A stretch of 64,000 bases of DNA, from contig JBLDXI010000099.1 of the NCBI GenBank assembly GCA_047495785.1, forward strand, positions 8,531 to 72,530. Reading direction: 5' to 3'. The position numbers were made by a program, and so were the translations under genes. Every line of letters starts with the position of its first letter. Positions within the stretch are counted from its first letter, which is position 1. Under the pieces are notes generated by a model, which was given only the letters and a program-made list of their open reading frames with translations, searched no databases and had not been told where the DNA came from. This document shows positions 38,522-50,841 of this stretch, piece by piece. The DNA is from Lepidodermella squamata (lineage: Eukaryota; Animalia; Gastrotricha).

Positions 38522-38655
38522 TGTTCTAAGATACAATGATACGCCTTTTCAGGCATATCCCAAATTCGAGCAGTCGCGTATTTCAGACGAGCTAACTCTG
38601 ACAAGGATATTACTACAGTTTGCAACCATCACCACGGGTAATGCTATTTTGTCAA

Positions 38656-38728
38656 GCCGAGATAGCTCAGTTGGGAGAGCGTTAGACTGAAGATCTAAAG
38701 GTCCCTGGTTCGATCCCGGGTCTCGGCG
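38656..38728 (+). tRNA. tRNA-Phe(GAA)
   Basis: gccgagatagctcagttggg...ct-gaa-ga. Confidence 0.93.
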
Positions 38729-38780
38729 ACTTCAAACCTTTTTCCCAATAAGCAGAACGTATAGCCAAAAATGTTACAAC

Positions 38781-38866
38781 TCCCGCGAGGCGGACTTGAA
38801 CCACCGACCTAAGGATTGCTGCCTTTCATCTACAGTCCTCCGCTCTACCAGCTGAGCTATCGCGGG
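38781..38866 (-). tRNA. tRNA-Tyr(GTA) with 13 nt intron
   Basis: Reverse complement cccgcgatagctcag...ct-gta-g[atgaaaggcagca]atcctt; canonical intron position. Confidence 0.93.
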
Positions 38867-38958
38867 TTAGTTACGCTTACATTGGGTGTATACTATTATA
38901 ATTCTGTGGAGCGGAGATTGCTCGTAATTCTATTACGGCTGGGCTTTGCAAAAACATG

Positions 38959-39032
38959 TGGCCACTGGGAGGATCGAACTCACGACCTTCGCGTTATTAG
39001 CACGACGCTCTAACCAACTGAGCTAAGCGGCC
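38959..39032 (-). tRNA. tRNA-Ile(AAT)
   Basis: Reverse complement ggccgcttagctcagttgg...ct-aat-aa. Confidence 0.93.
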
Positions 39033-39139
39033 AGTTGAACTTGTACGTCGAAACCTTCAACTTGCTTGCCGGTGATGGTCTGAACGTCGCCGTGAAGTGA
39101 AAAATGATCACAATCAACAATTGAAACTCGCAAAAAGAA

Positions 39140-39212
39140 TGGAGGATACGGGCGTCGATCCCGTTACCTCTCGCATGCTAAGCGAGCGCTCTACCATTTG
39201 AGCTAATCCCCC
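39140..39212 (-). tRNA. tRNA-Ala(AGC)
   Basis: Identical to 36044-36116. Confidence 0.93.
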
Positions 39213-39291
39213 GATGTTGATGCTATGCCATTGTGTATACCCTTTTGACAGCGTCTCACATTGTGCAGTATAGCTTGAATGCCAAAACAGA

Positions 39292-39364
39292 TGACCCCGA
39301 CGTGACTTGAACACGCAACCTTCTGATCTGGAGTCAGACGCTCTGCCAATTGAGCTACGGAGTC
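39292..39364 (-). tRNA. tRNA-Trp(CCA)
   Basis: Reverse complement gactccgtagctcaattgg...ct-cca-ga. Confidence 0.93.
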
Positions 39365-39442
39365 GATATTTTTAATTTCGGCTTAGACACCCCTTGCGAG
39401 CCATTTTTGGCTAACGAACTCCAACCATTGACAAAAACGCAA

Positions 39443-39514
39443 GGGCCTGTCCGGGAATTGAACCCGGGACCTCTCGCACCCTAAGCGAGAATCATACCAC
39501 TAGACCAACAGGCC
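39443..39514 (-). tRNA. tRNA-Pro(AGG)
   Basis: Reverse complement ggcctgttggtctagtgg...tt-agg-gt. Confidence 0.93.
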
Positions 39515-39597
39515 AAGTTAAATTCCCAGTCTGGTACCTGAAATCCACTGGAATGAGTAAGGAACGAGTGAGCCTGTAAATTTATCAAAAACTAACT

Positions 39598-39632
39598 AGG
39601 TCCTGCCGAGAGTCGAACTCGGGTCGCTGGAT
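39598..39632 (-). pseudogene. 3' half of a tRNA-Gln gene, disrupted at the anticodon loop by an insertion
   Basis: aggtcctgccgagagtcgaactcgggtcgctggat aligns with the intact tRNA-Gln at 36900-36934 (aggtcccatcgagaatcgaactcgagtcgctggat); T-run terminator at 39587-39591; 5' half absent. Confidence 0.85.
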
Positions 39633-42600
39633 GGGGGCGCGATATGAGAGTTCCGAAGGAACGTAGTTCCTTACAAGTGTTTTACACATACGCCGTAGAT
39701 TACCACGAACGAAGTGAGATACCTTCCGAAAGGCACCCCCCGGGAACGAGTTGGTTAATAGGACATACTCAGATCAACTTACCCGATTTATGGTGGTATC
39801 CTGGACCCCTCAGGACCTCCCAGAAGTTTTTTCAGCTCAATCGGAGCTTCCGTTGATTTTCTAGAAATTAGGACGGTTTTTTCTTATTTTACCGTATTTT
39901 TTGGTCACGTGACCTGAAATGGGTAGTATATGAGGGGACAGTAGGAGGATATGATAGGTACACCAAAAAACAAACCACGCTGACCAAAGCTTCCCAGCCA
40001 GCTGACAGGCTGGCCCCTCGCCCCTGGGGGAGAGGGGCCCACAATAGATCAACAATGCAAGCTCGCGACTAAAGAGCAAACGACAAAAAGGCAATATAAA
40101 TAAAATGCAAGGTCAATTGAAAAGACGTGAGGCAAATAAATTGTGAATTATGCATTTAAAGCAACAGAATTACCCGTAATCGACTACGGAGAATCCGAAT
40201 ACGACATTCATTTTGTTAAAGCAATGATAATCCAATGATAATCACTTCAACAAATTTCGCGCTCGAGCAGCTGCGTTACGGACTACGGAGAATCCGAATA
40301 TGACATTTATTTCATTATCGAAATATGATAACCCATGATAACCCTTCAAACCATTTTCGCCCTCCTTTTACCCACTTTCGCCGCGCCACTTGCGTATTTT
40401 CACCACGAGTTGCGTATCTTTCACCACCTAACAACTTACGACGCATCACTGTTGAGGTAAGAAACTTCGAACAAGCACTTCAAATTATGCGCCACATCGA
40501 CCCATCGACATCGAGCTGCGTATCGCTGAGGACCATCTCATCATTGTTGTAAATTCAGTCATTCATGTACACTGATGATTGTTATACGTTATACGTATGT
40601 GTTCCTTGTGATATGAGTTCTTTGAGAACCTTGTGGAATATGTGTTAAACGTGATTCACCACAAAAGATCCGCCTTGAAACACAGCTAACTTACACTGCC
40701 TTTTTGTGTCCATTGCCATAGAAGGTGCATTTTGCACATTAATCTATGGGTTTACCCGTAATCGACTACGGAGAATCCGAATATGACATCCATTTTATTA
40801 TAAAGCAATCCTAACCCCATGATAATCCTTCCAATAATTTTCCAAAAATGTTCCGGCTCGCGCGGCTGCGCCGCACTCGCTGAAAGAGTTGCGTAACTTT
40901 AACCACCTTACAACTTAACGAATCCTCACCGATGAGGTAAGAAACTTGCAAGTGTGAATATGCACAGTTTCACATAGCAAAAACCAGCAAGTTGGACATG
41001 GCACCCCATTAAAAAACCAAATTAGCCAAATTAGCTGAACATGTTCTTTACGAAGAAATGTTTCATATTTCGACGTTTTCGTCATCAACAATTTTTTATA
41101 TTATTTAATTCAACCCTGCTTGATATTTTACAAACATTATTCGAAACTTCTAAGAAAGGTCCATAAAGTTTCACATTTCACAAAATGCATTTTTATTTTT
41201 CATTCATGCTACTACGAAGTACTAATGATAGCGCGGTACAATAACAAACACGTTGACATATGATATCTCAACGAAGCCGTCATTCACCAGATCTGGATAC
41301 GGAATCCTCGCCACTTAATTCAACGTTGATTAATATTTTGCAAACATTTTTCGAAACTTTTAAGTATCCCAGTAGGGTCCAAAAAGTTCAACATTTCCCT
41401 TGACAATACCCTCGGGAAGTAGCTGTAGCGCCAGTTTTTTCGAGCTGTACGGCTCTGTGATGCATTACTCAAATTTCGAACTCGTAAATGGGAGGGAAAC
41501 CAGATCCTTCACAACTTCACTGGTCTTCTTTTTATAACAAAATCATTCCATCCCATATCTTGCGTCACACGCCGCGTTCGCACGCGCATGATTGAGGTTG
41601 GAGGTCTTCGACTTTAAAATGATAACCCTACCAGCAATCCGTGCTAACGATTACGTCAGCCGGGAAAGTTCATCTTTTTCGGACCTTCATCAGCGGGAAC
41701 GATTACGTCTCATAAAAAAACTAGTTGTTCCCTTCCACGGTCCCGTATATTTCGCGTTGCAGAGATTGTGGATGTTCCCCAGGCAAAATTGAACTTTAAA
41801 GTACAAGTTCCCAACTGCCGTATCGCGCGGAATAATTACTGCAAAGGTTTACCTGCCATTCTCGTTATCACTTCTAAATAACGTAAAACAGTCTCGTATC
41901 AATTTCGTTGATTTTCGATTTTCACTACATTTAAGGAAAATATATAGTTGGTGCTTGACGTACCGAAAAATGAGTGTGTAGTCTGATTCAATGTTAGGGT
42001 TCGTATTGTTCGCTTTTAGAGCGGCGTCCTTTTCAAGCTTCACTTTCCGCCCCGTTCACTTTCAAAGGAAGGTCGAGGGTTCGAACCCAAGCTTTCGTTG
42101 AACTGCTCTCTAATGATTTCTGTCAACATGCTCTCGCTGTTGGCGATATTTGGTCATCGACTTCAATTCAACTTCAATTCAATCCTTGTCATTCAATTGT
42201 AACCTCAACAATTTGTTTTTCAAGAAATTACCGAAACTTCGGATAGTCGTTGGTTCGAACCCAAACCCTCGTTCAACTGCTCAGCAACGATTTCTTTCAT
42301 CCGTATGCTCTCAATCTTGGCGTTAACGTCGTTACCGAAATCGATTTACCTTGTACATGTTATTCAATCGCACCCTGCTTGAATTAGTATGCCAATTTTT
42401 TGAAAATTTAAAAGTTAAAAGGTCGAGGTTTCGAACCCAAGCTTTCGTTGAACTGCTTTGTGATGATTTCGTTCTCCTTCATGCAGCCAGAAGCTCTTGA
42501 CGTCTAAATGCTCTCGTTTTCGGCGTCAACGTCATTACCGAGATCGATTCAGTTTGTACATTCAATCGCTCCCTCCTTCAATTTTTATAACAATCTCGTC

Positions 42601-45600
42601 ATCAGTGACATGGATTCTACCAATTCATGTCATTCAATTGTTACCCCGATTAATTTTTACAACAAACCTATCGAAACTTCGAAACTTAACTTAAATTATA
42701 TTATCCAACCTTCATGTTTTGTTATTTGCGTTCTCGTCATCAGTGTCATCGATTCTCCCAATTCATGTCATTCAGTTGTTACCCCGATTAATTTTTACAA
42801 CAACCTCTCGAAACTTCGAAACTTTAGCTCAAACCTTCTTGTTTTGTTCTTTTTGCGTTCTCGTCATCAGTGACATGGATTCTACCAATTCATGTCATTC
42901 AATTGTTACCCTGATTGTTTTTTTACAACAAACTCTCGAAACTTCGAAACTTCAAAACATGGTCGTGGGTTCGAACCAGATTTCTCCTTTTTCTACTCAT
43001 CAATTTGTTCTTTAACCTTCACGCATTCGTTGTTGGCGTTTTCGTCATCAGCTACATCGATTCTACCAATTCATGTCATTCAATAGTTCTTTTGTTTGTT
43101 TTTCACAACAAAGTCTCACTTCAAAACATGGTCGTGGTTTCGAATCCGATCTCTGGTCGTTCCGCTCTCAAATTTTATTCTTCAACCTTCCTGTTTTGTT
43201 ATGTGCGTACTCGTCATCAGTGACATCGATTCTCCCAATTCATGTCATTCAGTTGTTACCCCGATTAATTTTTACAACAAATTCTCGGAACTTCGAAACT
43301 TGACTTAAATTATATTATCCAACCTTCATGTTTTGTTATTTGCGTTCTCGTCATCAGTGACATCGATTCTCCCAATTCATGTCATTCAATTGTTACCCCG
43401 ATTAATTTTTACAACAAACTCTCGAAACTTCGAAACTTCAAAACATGGTCGTGGGTTCGAACCAGATTTCTCCTTTTTCTACTCATCAATTTGTTCTTTA
43501 ACCTTCACGCATTCGTTGTTGGCGTTTTCGTCATCAGCTACATCGATTCTACCAATTCATGTCATTCAATAGTTCTTTTGTTTGTTTTTCACAACAAAGT
43601 CTCACTTCAAAACATGGTCGTGGTTTCGAATCCGATCTCTGGTCGTTCCGCTCTCAAATTTTATTCTTGAACCTTCCTGTTTTGTTATGTGCGTACTCGT
43701 CATCAGTGACATCGATTCTCCCAATTCATGTCATTCAGTTGTTACCCCGATTAATTTTTACAACAACCTCTCGAAACTTCGAAACTTTAGCTCAAACCTT
43801 CTTGTTTTGTTCTTTTTGCGTTCTCGTCATCAGTGACATGGATTCTACCAATTCATGTCATTCAATTGTTACCCTGATTGTTTTTTTACAACAAACTCTC
43901 GAAACTTCGAAACTTCAAAACATGGTCGTGGGTTCGAACCAGATCTCTCCTTTTTCTACTCATCAATTTGTTCTTCAACCTGCACGCATTCGTTGTTGGC
44001 GTTTTCGTCATCAGCTACATCGATTCTACCAATTCATGTCATTCAATTGTTAACTCGATTTTACAACATCTTCTCGAAATTTTATGAAAGCGAATAAATG
44101 TTCAACTACTCTTTAACGTGCATTCTTCTCTAAATATTTCCAAGCCATTCAAAAATACGTTGGACGGTTCCTGAGCGAACCCGAAATTACTACTTATCTA
44201 TAAACACCTAATCCGGAGAACATTCAAATTTACAATTCAATTTCATGTTTCATCAACATTGGGGTGAGGGGGAAGCACCGTCCCCTCCAACGACGTGGAG
44301 GGGATCTCGTAGGGGTGGTTCGAGTCCGTACCCATTACCCAGGAGAGTAGAGAAAAAGAAAGAAAAGGCTAGCGCAGCGTAAGCCTTGTCGAACTCTCCT
44401 GGATGGGGGCGCGACTCTGGGAGTTCCGAAGGAATGGGGGCGCGATATGAGAGTTCCGAAGGAACGTAGTTCCTTACAAGTGTTTTACACATACGCCGTA
44501 GATTACCACGAACGAAGTGAGATACCTTCCGAAAGGCACCCCCCGGGAACGAGTTGGTTAATAGGACATACTCAGATCAACTTACCCGATTTATGGTGGT
44601 ATCCTGGACCCCTCAGGACCTCCCAGAAGTTTTTTCAGCTCAATCGGAGCTTCCGTTGATTTTCTAGAAATTAGGACGGTTTTTTCTTATTTTACCGTAT
44701 TTTTTGGTCACGTGACCTGAAATGGGTAGTATATGAGGGGACAGTAGGAGGATATGATAGGTACACCAAAAAACAAACCACGCTGACCAAAGCTTCCCAG
44801 CCAGCTGACAGGCTGGCCCCTCGCCCCTGGGGGAGAGGGGCCCACAATAGATCAACAATGCAAGCTCGCGACTAAAGAGCAAACGACAAAAAGGCAATAT
44901 AAATAAAATGCAAGGTCAATTGAAAAGACGTGAGGCAAATAAATTGTGAATTATGCATTTAAAGCAACAGAATTACCCGTAATCGACTACGGAGAATCCG
45001 AATACGACATTCATTTTGTTAAAGCAATGATAATCCAATGATAATCACTTCAACAAATTTCGCGCTCGAGCAGCTGCGTTACGGACTACGGAGAATCCGA
45101 ATATGACATTTATTTCATTATCGAAATATGATAACCCATGATAACCCTTCAAACCATTTTCGCCCTCCTTTTACCCACTTTCGCCGCGCCACTTGCGTAT
45201 TTTCACCACGAGTTGCGTATCTTTCACCACCTAACAACTTACGACGCATCACTGTTGAGGTAAGAAACTTCGAACAAGCACTTCAAATTATGCGCCACAT
45301 CGACCCATCGACATCGAGCTGCGTATCGCTGAGGACCATCTCATCATTGTTGTAAATTCAGTCATTCATGTACACTGATGATTGTTATACGTTATACGTA
45401 TGTGTTCCTTGTGATATGAGTTCTTTGAGAACCTTGTGGAATATGTGTTAAACGTGATTCACCACAAAAGATCCGCCTTGAAACACAGCTAACTTACACT
45501 GCCTTTTTGTGTCCATTGCCATAGAAGGTGCATTTTGCACATTAATCTATGGGTTTACCCGTAATCGACTACGGAGAATCCGAATATGACATCCATTTTA

Positions 45601-48600
45601 TTATAAAGCAATCCTAACCCCATGATAATCCTTCCAATAATTTTCCAAAAATGTTCCGGCTCGCGCGGCTGCGCCGCACTCGCTGAAAGAGTTGCGTAAC
45701 TTTAACCACCTTACAACTTAACGAATCCTCACCGATGAGGTAAGAAACTTGCAAGTGTGAATATGCACAGTTTCACATAGCAAAAACCAGCAAGTTGGAC
45801 ATGGCACCCCATTAAAAAACCAAATTAGCCAAATTAGCTGAACATGTTCTTTACGAAGAAATGTTTCATATTTCGACGTTTTCGTCATCAACAATTTTTT
45901 ATATTATTTAATTCAACCCTGCTTGATATTTTACAAACATTATTCGAAACTTCTAAGAAAGGTCCATAAAGTTTCACATTTCACAAAATGCATTTTTATT
46001 TTTCATTCATGCTACTACGAAGTACTAATGATAGCGCGGTACAATAACAAACACGTTGACATATGATATCTCAACGAAGCCGTCATTCACCAGATCTGGA
46101 TACGGAATCCTCGCCACTTAATTCAACGTTGATTAATATTTTGCAAACATTTTTCGAAACTTTTAAGTATCCCAGTAGGGTCCAAAAAGTTCAACATTTC
46201 CCTTGACAATACCCTCGGGAAGTAGCTGTAGCGCCAGTTTTTTCGAGCTGTACGGCTCTGTGATGCATTACTCAAATTTCGAACTCGTAAATGGGAGGGA
46301 AACCAGATCCTTCACAACTTCACTGGTCTTCTTTTTATAACAAAATCATTCCATCCCATATCTTGCGTCACACGCCGCGTTCGCACGCGCATGATTGAGG
46401 TTGGAGGTCTTCGACTTTAAAATGATAACCCTACCAGCAATCCGTGCTAACGATTACGTCAGCCGGGAAAGTTCATCTTTTTCGGACCTTCATCAGCGGG
46501 AACGATTACGTCTCATAAAAAAACTAGTTGTTCCCTTCCACGGTCCCGTATATTTCGCGTTGCAGAGATTGTGGATGTTCCCCAGGCAAAATTGAACTTT
46601 AAAGTACAAGTTCCCAACTGCCGTATCGCGCGGAATAATTACTGCAAAGGTTTACCTGCCATTCTCGTTATCACTTCTAAATAACGTAAAACAGTCTCGT
46701 ATCAATTTCGTTGATTTTCGATTTTCACTACATTTAAGGAAAATATATAGTTGGTGCTTGACGTACCGAAAAATGAGTGTGTAGTCTGATTCAATGTTAG
46801 GGTTCGTATTGTTCGCTTTTAGAGCGGCGTCCTTTTCAAGCTTCACTTTCCGCCCCGTTCACTTTCAAAGGAAGGTCGAGGGTTCGAACCCAAGCTTTCG
46901 TTGAACTGCTCTCTAATGATTTCTGTCAACATGCTCTCGCTGTTGGCGATATTTGGTCATCGACTTCAATTCAACTTCAATTCAATCCTTGTCATTCAAT
47001 TGTAACCTCAACAATTTGTTTTTCAAGAAATTACCGAAACTTCGGATAGTCGTTGGTTCGAACCCAAACCCTCGTTCAACTGCTCAGCAACGATTTCTTT
47101 CATCCGTATGCTCTCAATCTTGGCGTTAACGTCGTTACCGAAATCGATTTACCTTGTACATGTTATTCAATCGCACCCTGCTTGAATTAGTATGCCAATT
47201 TTTTGAAAATTTAAAAGTTAAAAGGTCGAGGTTTCGAACCCAAGCTTTCGTTGAACTGCTTTGTGATGATTTCGTTCTCCTTCATGCAGCCAGAAGCTCT
47301 TGACGTCTAAATGCTCTCGTTTTCGGCGTCAACGTCATTACCGAGATCGATTCAGTTTGTACATTCAATCGCTCCCTCCTTCAATTTTTATAACAATCTC
47401 GTCATCAGTGACATGGATTCTACCAATTCATGTCATTCAATTGTTACCCCGATTAATTTTTACAACAAACCTATCGAAACTTCGAAACTTAACTTAAATT
47501 ATATTATCCAACCTTCATGTTTTGTTATTTGCGTTCTCGTCATCAGTGTCATCGATTCTCCCAATTCATGTCATTCAGTTGTTACCCCGATTAATTTTTA
47601 CAACAACCTCTCGAAACTTCGAAACTTTAGCTCAAACCTTCTTGTTTTGTTCTTTTTGCGTTCTCGTCATCAGTGACATGGATTCTACCAATTCATGTCA
47701 TTCAATTGTTACCCTGATTGTTTTTTTACAACAAACTCTCGAAACTTCGAAACTTCAAAACATGGTCGTGGGTTCGAACCAGATTTCTCCTTTTTCTACT
47801 CATCAATTTGTTCTTTAACCTTCACGCATTCGTTGTTGGCGTTTTCGTCATCAGCTACATCGATTCTACCAATTCATGTCATTCAATAGTTCTTTTGTTT
47901 GTTTTTCACAACAAAGTCTCACTTCAAAACATGGTCGTGGTTTCGAATCCGATCTCTGGTCGTTCCGCTCTCAAATTTTATTCTTCAACCTTCCTGTTTT
48001 GTTATGTGCGTACTCGTCATCAGTGACATCGATTCTCCCAATTCATGTCATTCAGTTGTTACCCCGATTAATTTTTACAACAAATTCTCGGAACTTCGAA
48101 ACTTGACTTAAATTATATTATCCAACCTTCATGTTTTGTTATTTGCGTTCTCGTCATCAGTGACATCGATTCTCCCAATTCATGTCATTCAATTGTTACC
48201 CCGATTAATTTTTACAACAAACTCTCGAAACTTCGAAACTTCAAAACATGGTCGTGGGTTCGAACCAGATTTCTCCTTTTTCTACTCATCAATTTGTTCT
48301 TTAACCTTCACGCATTCGTTGTTGGCGTTTTCGTCATCAGCTACATCGATTCTACCAATTCATGTCATTCAATAGTTCTTTTGTTTGTTTTTCACAACAA
48401 AGTCTCACTTCAAAACATGGTCGTGGTTTCGAATCCGATCTCTGGTCGTTCCGCTCTCAAATTTTATTCTTGAACCTTCCTGTTTTGTTATGTGCGTACT
48501 CGTCATCAGTGACATCGATTCTCCCAATTCATGTCATTCAGTTGTTACCCCGATTAATTTTTACAACAACCTCTCGAAACTTCGAAACTTTAGCTCAAAC

Positions 48601-49236
48601 CTTCTTGTTTTGTTCTTTTTGCGTTCTCGTCATCAGTGACATGGATTCTACCAATTCATGTCATTCAATTGTTACCCTGATTGTTTTTTTACAACAAACT
48701 CTCGAAACTTCGAAACTTCAAAACATGGTCGTGGGTTCGAACCAGATCTCTCCTTTTTCTACTCATCAATTTGTTCTTCAACCTGCACGCATTCGTTGTT
48801 GGCGTTTTCGTCATCAGCTACATCGATTCTACCAATTCATGTCATTCAATTGTTAACTCGATTTTACAACATCTTCTCGAAATTTTATGAAAGCGAATAA
48901 ATGTTCAACTACTCTTTAACGTGCATTCTTCTCTAAATATTTCCAAGCCATTCAAAAATACGTTGGACGGTTCCTGAGCGAACCCGAAATTACTACTTAT
49001 CTATAAACACCTAATCCGGAGAACATTCAAATTTACAATTCAATTTCATGTTTCATCAACATTGGGGTGAGGGGGAAGCACCGTCCCCTCCAACGACGTG
49101 GAGGGGATCTCGTAGGGGTGGTTCGAGTCCGTACCCATTACCCAGGAGAGTAGAGAAAAAGAAAGAAAAGGCTAGCGCAGCGTAAGCCTTGTCGAACTCT
49201 CCTGGATGGGGGCGCGACTCTGGGAGTTCCGAAGGA
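39631..49236 (+). repeat. Tandem duplication of a 4,803 bp non-coding unit (39631-44433 and 44434-49236); probable non-autonomous rolling-circle element copies
   Basis: ORF track repeats identically at offset 4803; no credible protein; each unit starts atgggggcgcgatatgagagttccgaagg. Confidence 0.9.
42065..44090 (+). repeat. Complex tandem repeat of ~125-180 bp subunits containing B-box-like GGTTCGAACC (second copy 46868-48893)
   Basis: Repeated cgtcatcagtgacatcgattctcccaattcatgtcattca...cgaaacttcgaaac...ggtcgtgggttcgaacc. Confidence 0.85.
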
Positions 49237-50032
49237 ACGCCAGTTCCTTTACACGTGTTTTACACATACGCCGTAGATTACCACGAACGAAGTGAGATTT
49301 CATCCCAACAGGGGGGCCCGAGAACGCGTTGGTTAACAGGACATTCTCCGATGAAGCCGCCCGATTTATGGTAGTATCCTGGACCCCTCAGGACCTCCCA
49401 GAAACTTTTTCAGCTCTAACGGACCTTCCGTTGATTTTCTAGAAATTAGGACGGTTTTTTCCTATTTTACCGTATTTTTTGGTCACGTGACCCGGAATGG
49501 GTAGTATATGAGGGGACAGTAGGAGGATATGATAAGGACACCAAAAAACTAACCACGCTAACCAGAGTATCCAAGCCAGCTGACAGGCTGGCCCCTCGCC
49601 CCTGGGGGAGAGGGGCCTACAATAAATCAACAATGCTAGCTGGCGACCAAAGAGCAAACGACGAAAAGGCAATATACGTAAAAGTCAAGGTCAATTGAAC
49701 AATTCTGCGGCGAATAAATTGTGCATTTTCCATATACAACAATAGGTTTACATGTAATCGACAACGGAGAATCCGAATATGACGTTCATTTTGTTATGAA
49801 GCAATTATAACCCAATGATAGCCCCTCCAACTAATTTTTCTGTTCACTGCTATGGAGTTGGCATGGTTATATTTTTTATTAAATAACATAATGCAGTTCA
49901 AGTTTCAGGGCTCGAAGTTTTAAAGCACATTTTCAAGTGAGCGGTTCAATAACGCACTGTCTTATTTCCATATTCATATGCATGCGCAGAAACAAAAAAA
50001 AATAATAATAACAATAAAAAATTAAAAGAAAA

Positions 50033-50108
50033 TGTGTCGCGGCCGGGACTCGAACCCTCCATTAACTGCATTTCACAACGTTACACTGAAACCACTCGGC
50101 CACAACAC
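50033..50108 (-). ncRNA. tRNA-like Pol III small RNA gene (non-canonical)
   Basis: Reverse complement GTGTTGTGGCCGAGTGG (A box)...GGTTCGAGTCC (B box)CGGCCGCGACAC; ~12 bp terminal stem, then T-runs; no proper anticodon stem. Confidence 0.5.
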
Positions 50109-50841
50109 ATCTGACATATCCATCGCAAATTAAATTTCAATTAAATATTCAACGAAATTATCAAAACAGTTTCCAGCGCCTTCCGGGAATCGGACGCGTC
50201 TCTATATAATTTATTCACTATATAATTCGCTACGCAGTGGTTCGGAAGGCAGTGGTTCGATTGCTGCTCACATCACATTTTTCCTTCTCATTTTTTCTTC
50301 TTAAAATCAGATTTATTTCTGTTTAATTTTTTTGCAGAGTGAGCAATAAAAAATAAACGTTTACCATTCACGTGAATCTTCATGAGTACAAAGTGCATGC
50401 CTGTCATATGGCCGACACGCGATTCAGCATCAGCTGTTTCACGGCGCAGCGGCGGCAACAGCAAGCAGACGGTTCGATCCGGTATTCAACCATCATTCAC
50501 AACGATTTATTTCTCTTCAAAACAACCTCTATTTCCCTAATCATTAGAATTACTTATGCTGCCAGCTCCTATCAATCTATCTTCCGCTCGAATCGATAAC
50601 ATTGTGACAATGTTGCTCTCTCAGGTTTGCTAGTATATTATTCCCAGTTCATATCACCATTCCCACTATAATTACAGCTACTGGATGAAATGGCGATTTC
50701 AACACTGTTGTCCACTTTGGTTTTCCATGGTCACTACTCCCTACCAGAAAGCGGTGAGTACATTATTTTCCTCATTCATTTTTTTTACTATTGTAAAATT
50801 TATTGATTTTTTCATTCATTAACACGTTTTTTTTGCTCCCC

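Noticed and set aside
42497-48900. Many short ORFs in the duplicated unit
   Set aside because: They are translations of tandem repeats in all frames, with no domain signal.
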